The translations under genes and the position numbers were made by a program. DNA of 63,965 bases, filler included, from Octopus bimaculoides (Eukaryota): the NCBI RefSeq assembly GCF_001194135.2. It is 4 parts of 4 records of this genome, joined end to end, with 100 filler letters (N's around TTAATTAATTAA, not from the genome) between each part and the next. Parts side by side here need not be neighbours in the genome. Positions count along the whole stretch, not along the records: positions 62,841 to 63,965 come from NW_026313280.1; 3 more parts are not named here. One strand, written 5' to 3'. This document shows, one piece after another, positions 62,888 to 63,965 of the stretch. Under the pieces are notes generated by a model, which worked only from the letters and a program-made list of their open reading frames with translations, did no database searches and was not told the DNA's origin. Numbering within the stretch: the first letter of the stretch is position 1; the number at the start of each line of letters is the position of its first letter.

Positions 62888-63965
62888 AGTTGGCCATGAA
62901 GTTGGGGACCAAAAATTGAATACTAGCCATAAAATCGGGGACCAAAAATAGTAAACTGGCCATGAAGTCGGAAACCAAAAATTAAACATTGACCATAAAA
63001 ATCGGGGACCAAAAATCGCACACTGGCCATAAAGACGGGGACCAAAAATTGAAAACTGGCCATAAATTCGGGGACCAAAAATCGCATACTGGCCATAAAA
63101 ACGGGGACCAAAAATTGTACATTGGCCATAAAGTCGGCAAACAAAGATTGTACACTGGCCATAAAGTCGGGGACCAAAAATCACACACTGGCCACAAAGT
63201 CGGGGACCAGAAATTTAACACAGGCCATAAAATCGGGTACCAAAAGTTAAACATTGGCCATAAAGTCGGGGACGAATAATTGAGCACTGGCCATAGAGAT
63301 GGGGACCAAAAACTGAACACTGGCCATAAAGTCGGGGACCGAAAATTGAACACTGGCCATAAAGACGGGGACCATAAATCGCACAGTGGCCATAAAGACG
63401 GGGACCAAAATTTTGAACACTGGCCATAAAGTCGGGGAACAAAAATTGAACACTGGCCATAAAGGCGGGGACGAATAATTGAACACTGGCCAGAAAGACG
63501 GGGACCAAAAACTGAACACTGGCCATAAAGTCGGGGACCAAAACGTTGAACACTGGCCATAAAGTCGGGGAACAAAATTCGCACACTGACCATAAAGTCG
63601 GGAACCATAAATTCAACACTGGCGATAAAGTCGGGGACGAATAATTGCACACTGGCCATAAAGACGGGGACCAAATATTGAAAATTGGCCATAAAGTCGG
63701 GGACCAAAAATCGCACACTGGCCATAAAGTCAGGAACCAAAAATTGAACACTGGCCATAAAGTCGGGGGCCAAAAATCGCACACTAGCCATAAAGTCGGG
63801 GACCAAAAATGTACACTGGCCATGTAGTCGGGGACCAAAATTTGTACACTGGCCATGAAGTCGGGGACCAAAAATTGAACACTGGCCATAAAGTCGAGGG
63901 CCAAAAATCGCAAAATGGCCATAAAGACGGGGACCAAAAATTGAACACTGGCCATAAAGTCGGGG
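62888..63965. repeat. 33-bp minisatellite, ~32-33 copies, running off the window end
   Basis: Consensus ACTGGCCATAAAGTCGGGGACCAAAAATTGAAC; occasional 32- and 34-bp units. Confidence 0.95.

Noticed and set aside
62888-63965. CRISPR-like array, or FGPRL (FxPRLamide) neuropeptide precursor
   Set aside because: Units are contiguous with no unique spacers and there are no cas genes. FGPRL is followed by YG, not an amidation or dibasic site, and the frame is broken by indels.

Overview
AT-rich, repeat-dense animal genomic DNA. The SINE families, RTE/Penelope/mariner content and microsatellite load point to an octopus (inference). Three 100-bp scaffold-join spacers (44 N + TTAATTAATTAA + 44 N) split the window into four pieces whose adjacency is not guaranteed. 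One conserved gene is clear: PCGF1, with 7 coding exons on + at 5707-17443 (235 aa from the first visible ATG; the 5' exon is probably outside the window). The six-frame ORF track misses it. A second, unrecognised gene can be assembled on - from two exons (52475-52418 and 51192-50759): a 163-aa type I membrane protein with signal peptide, Ser/Thr-rich stalk, one TM helix and a short tail ending YTLL. The rest is transposon-derived: RTE, R4/Dong, CR1-like and Penelope-like retroelements, a solo LTR, mariner/Tc1/maT and hAT elements, several tRNA-derived SINE families, foldback MITEs and a terminal 33-bp minisatellite. The most notable observations are the orphan membrane-protein gene, a young double-palindromic MITE built around inverted telomeric repeats, and CpG erosion of repeats confined to the PCGF1 domain. 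No prokaryotic-type system (CRISPR, operon) is present. All coordinates and translations were derived by hand; no searches were run.
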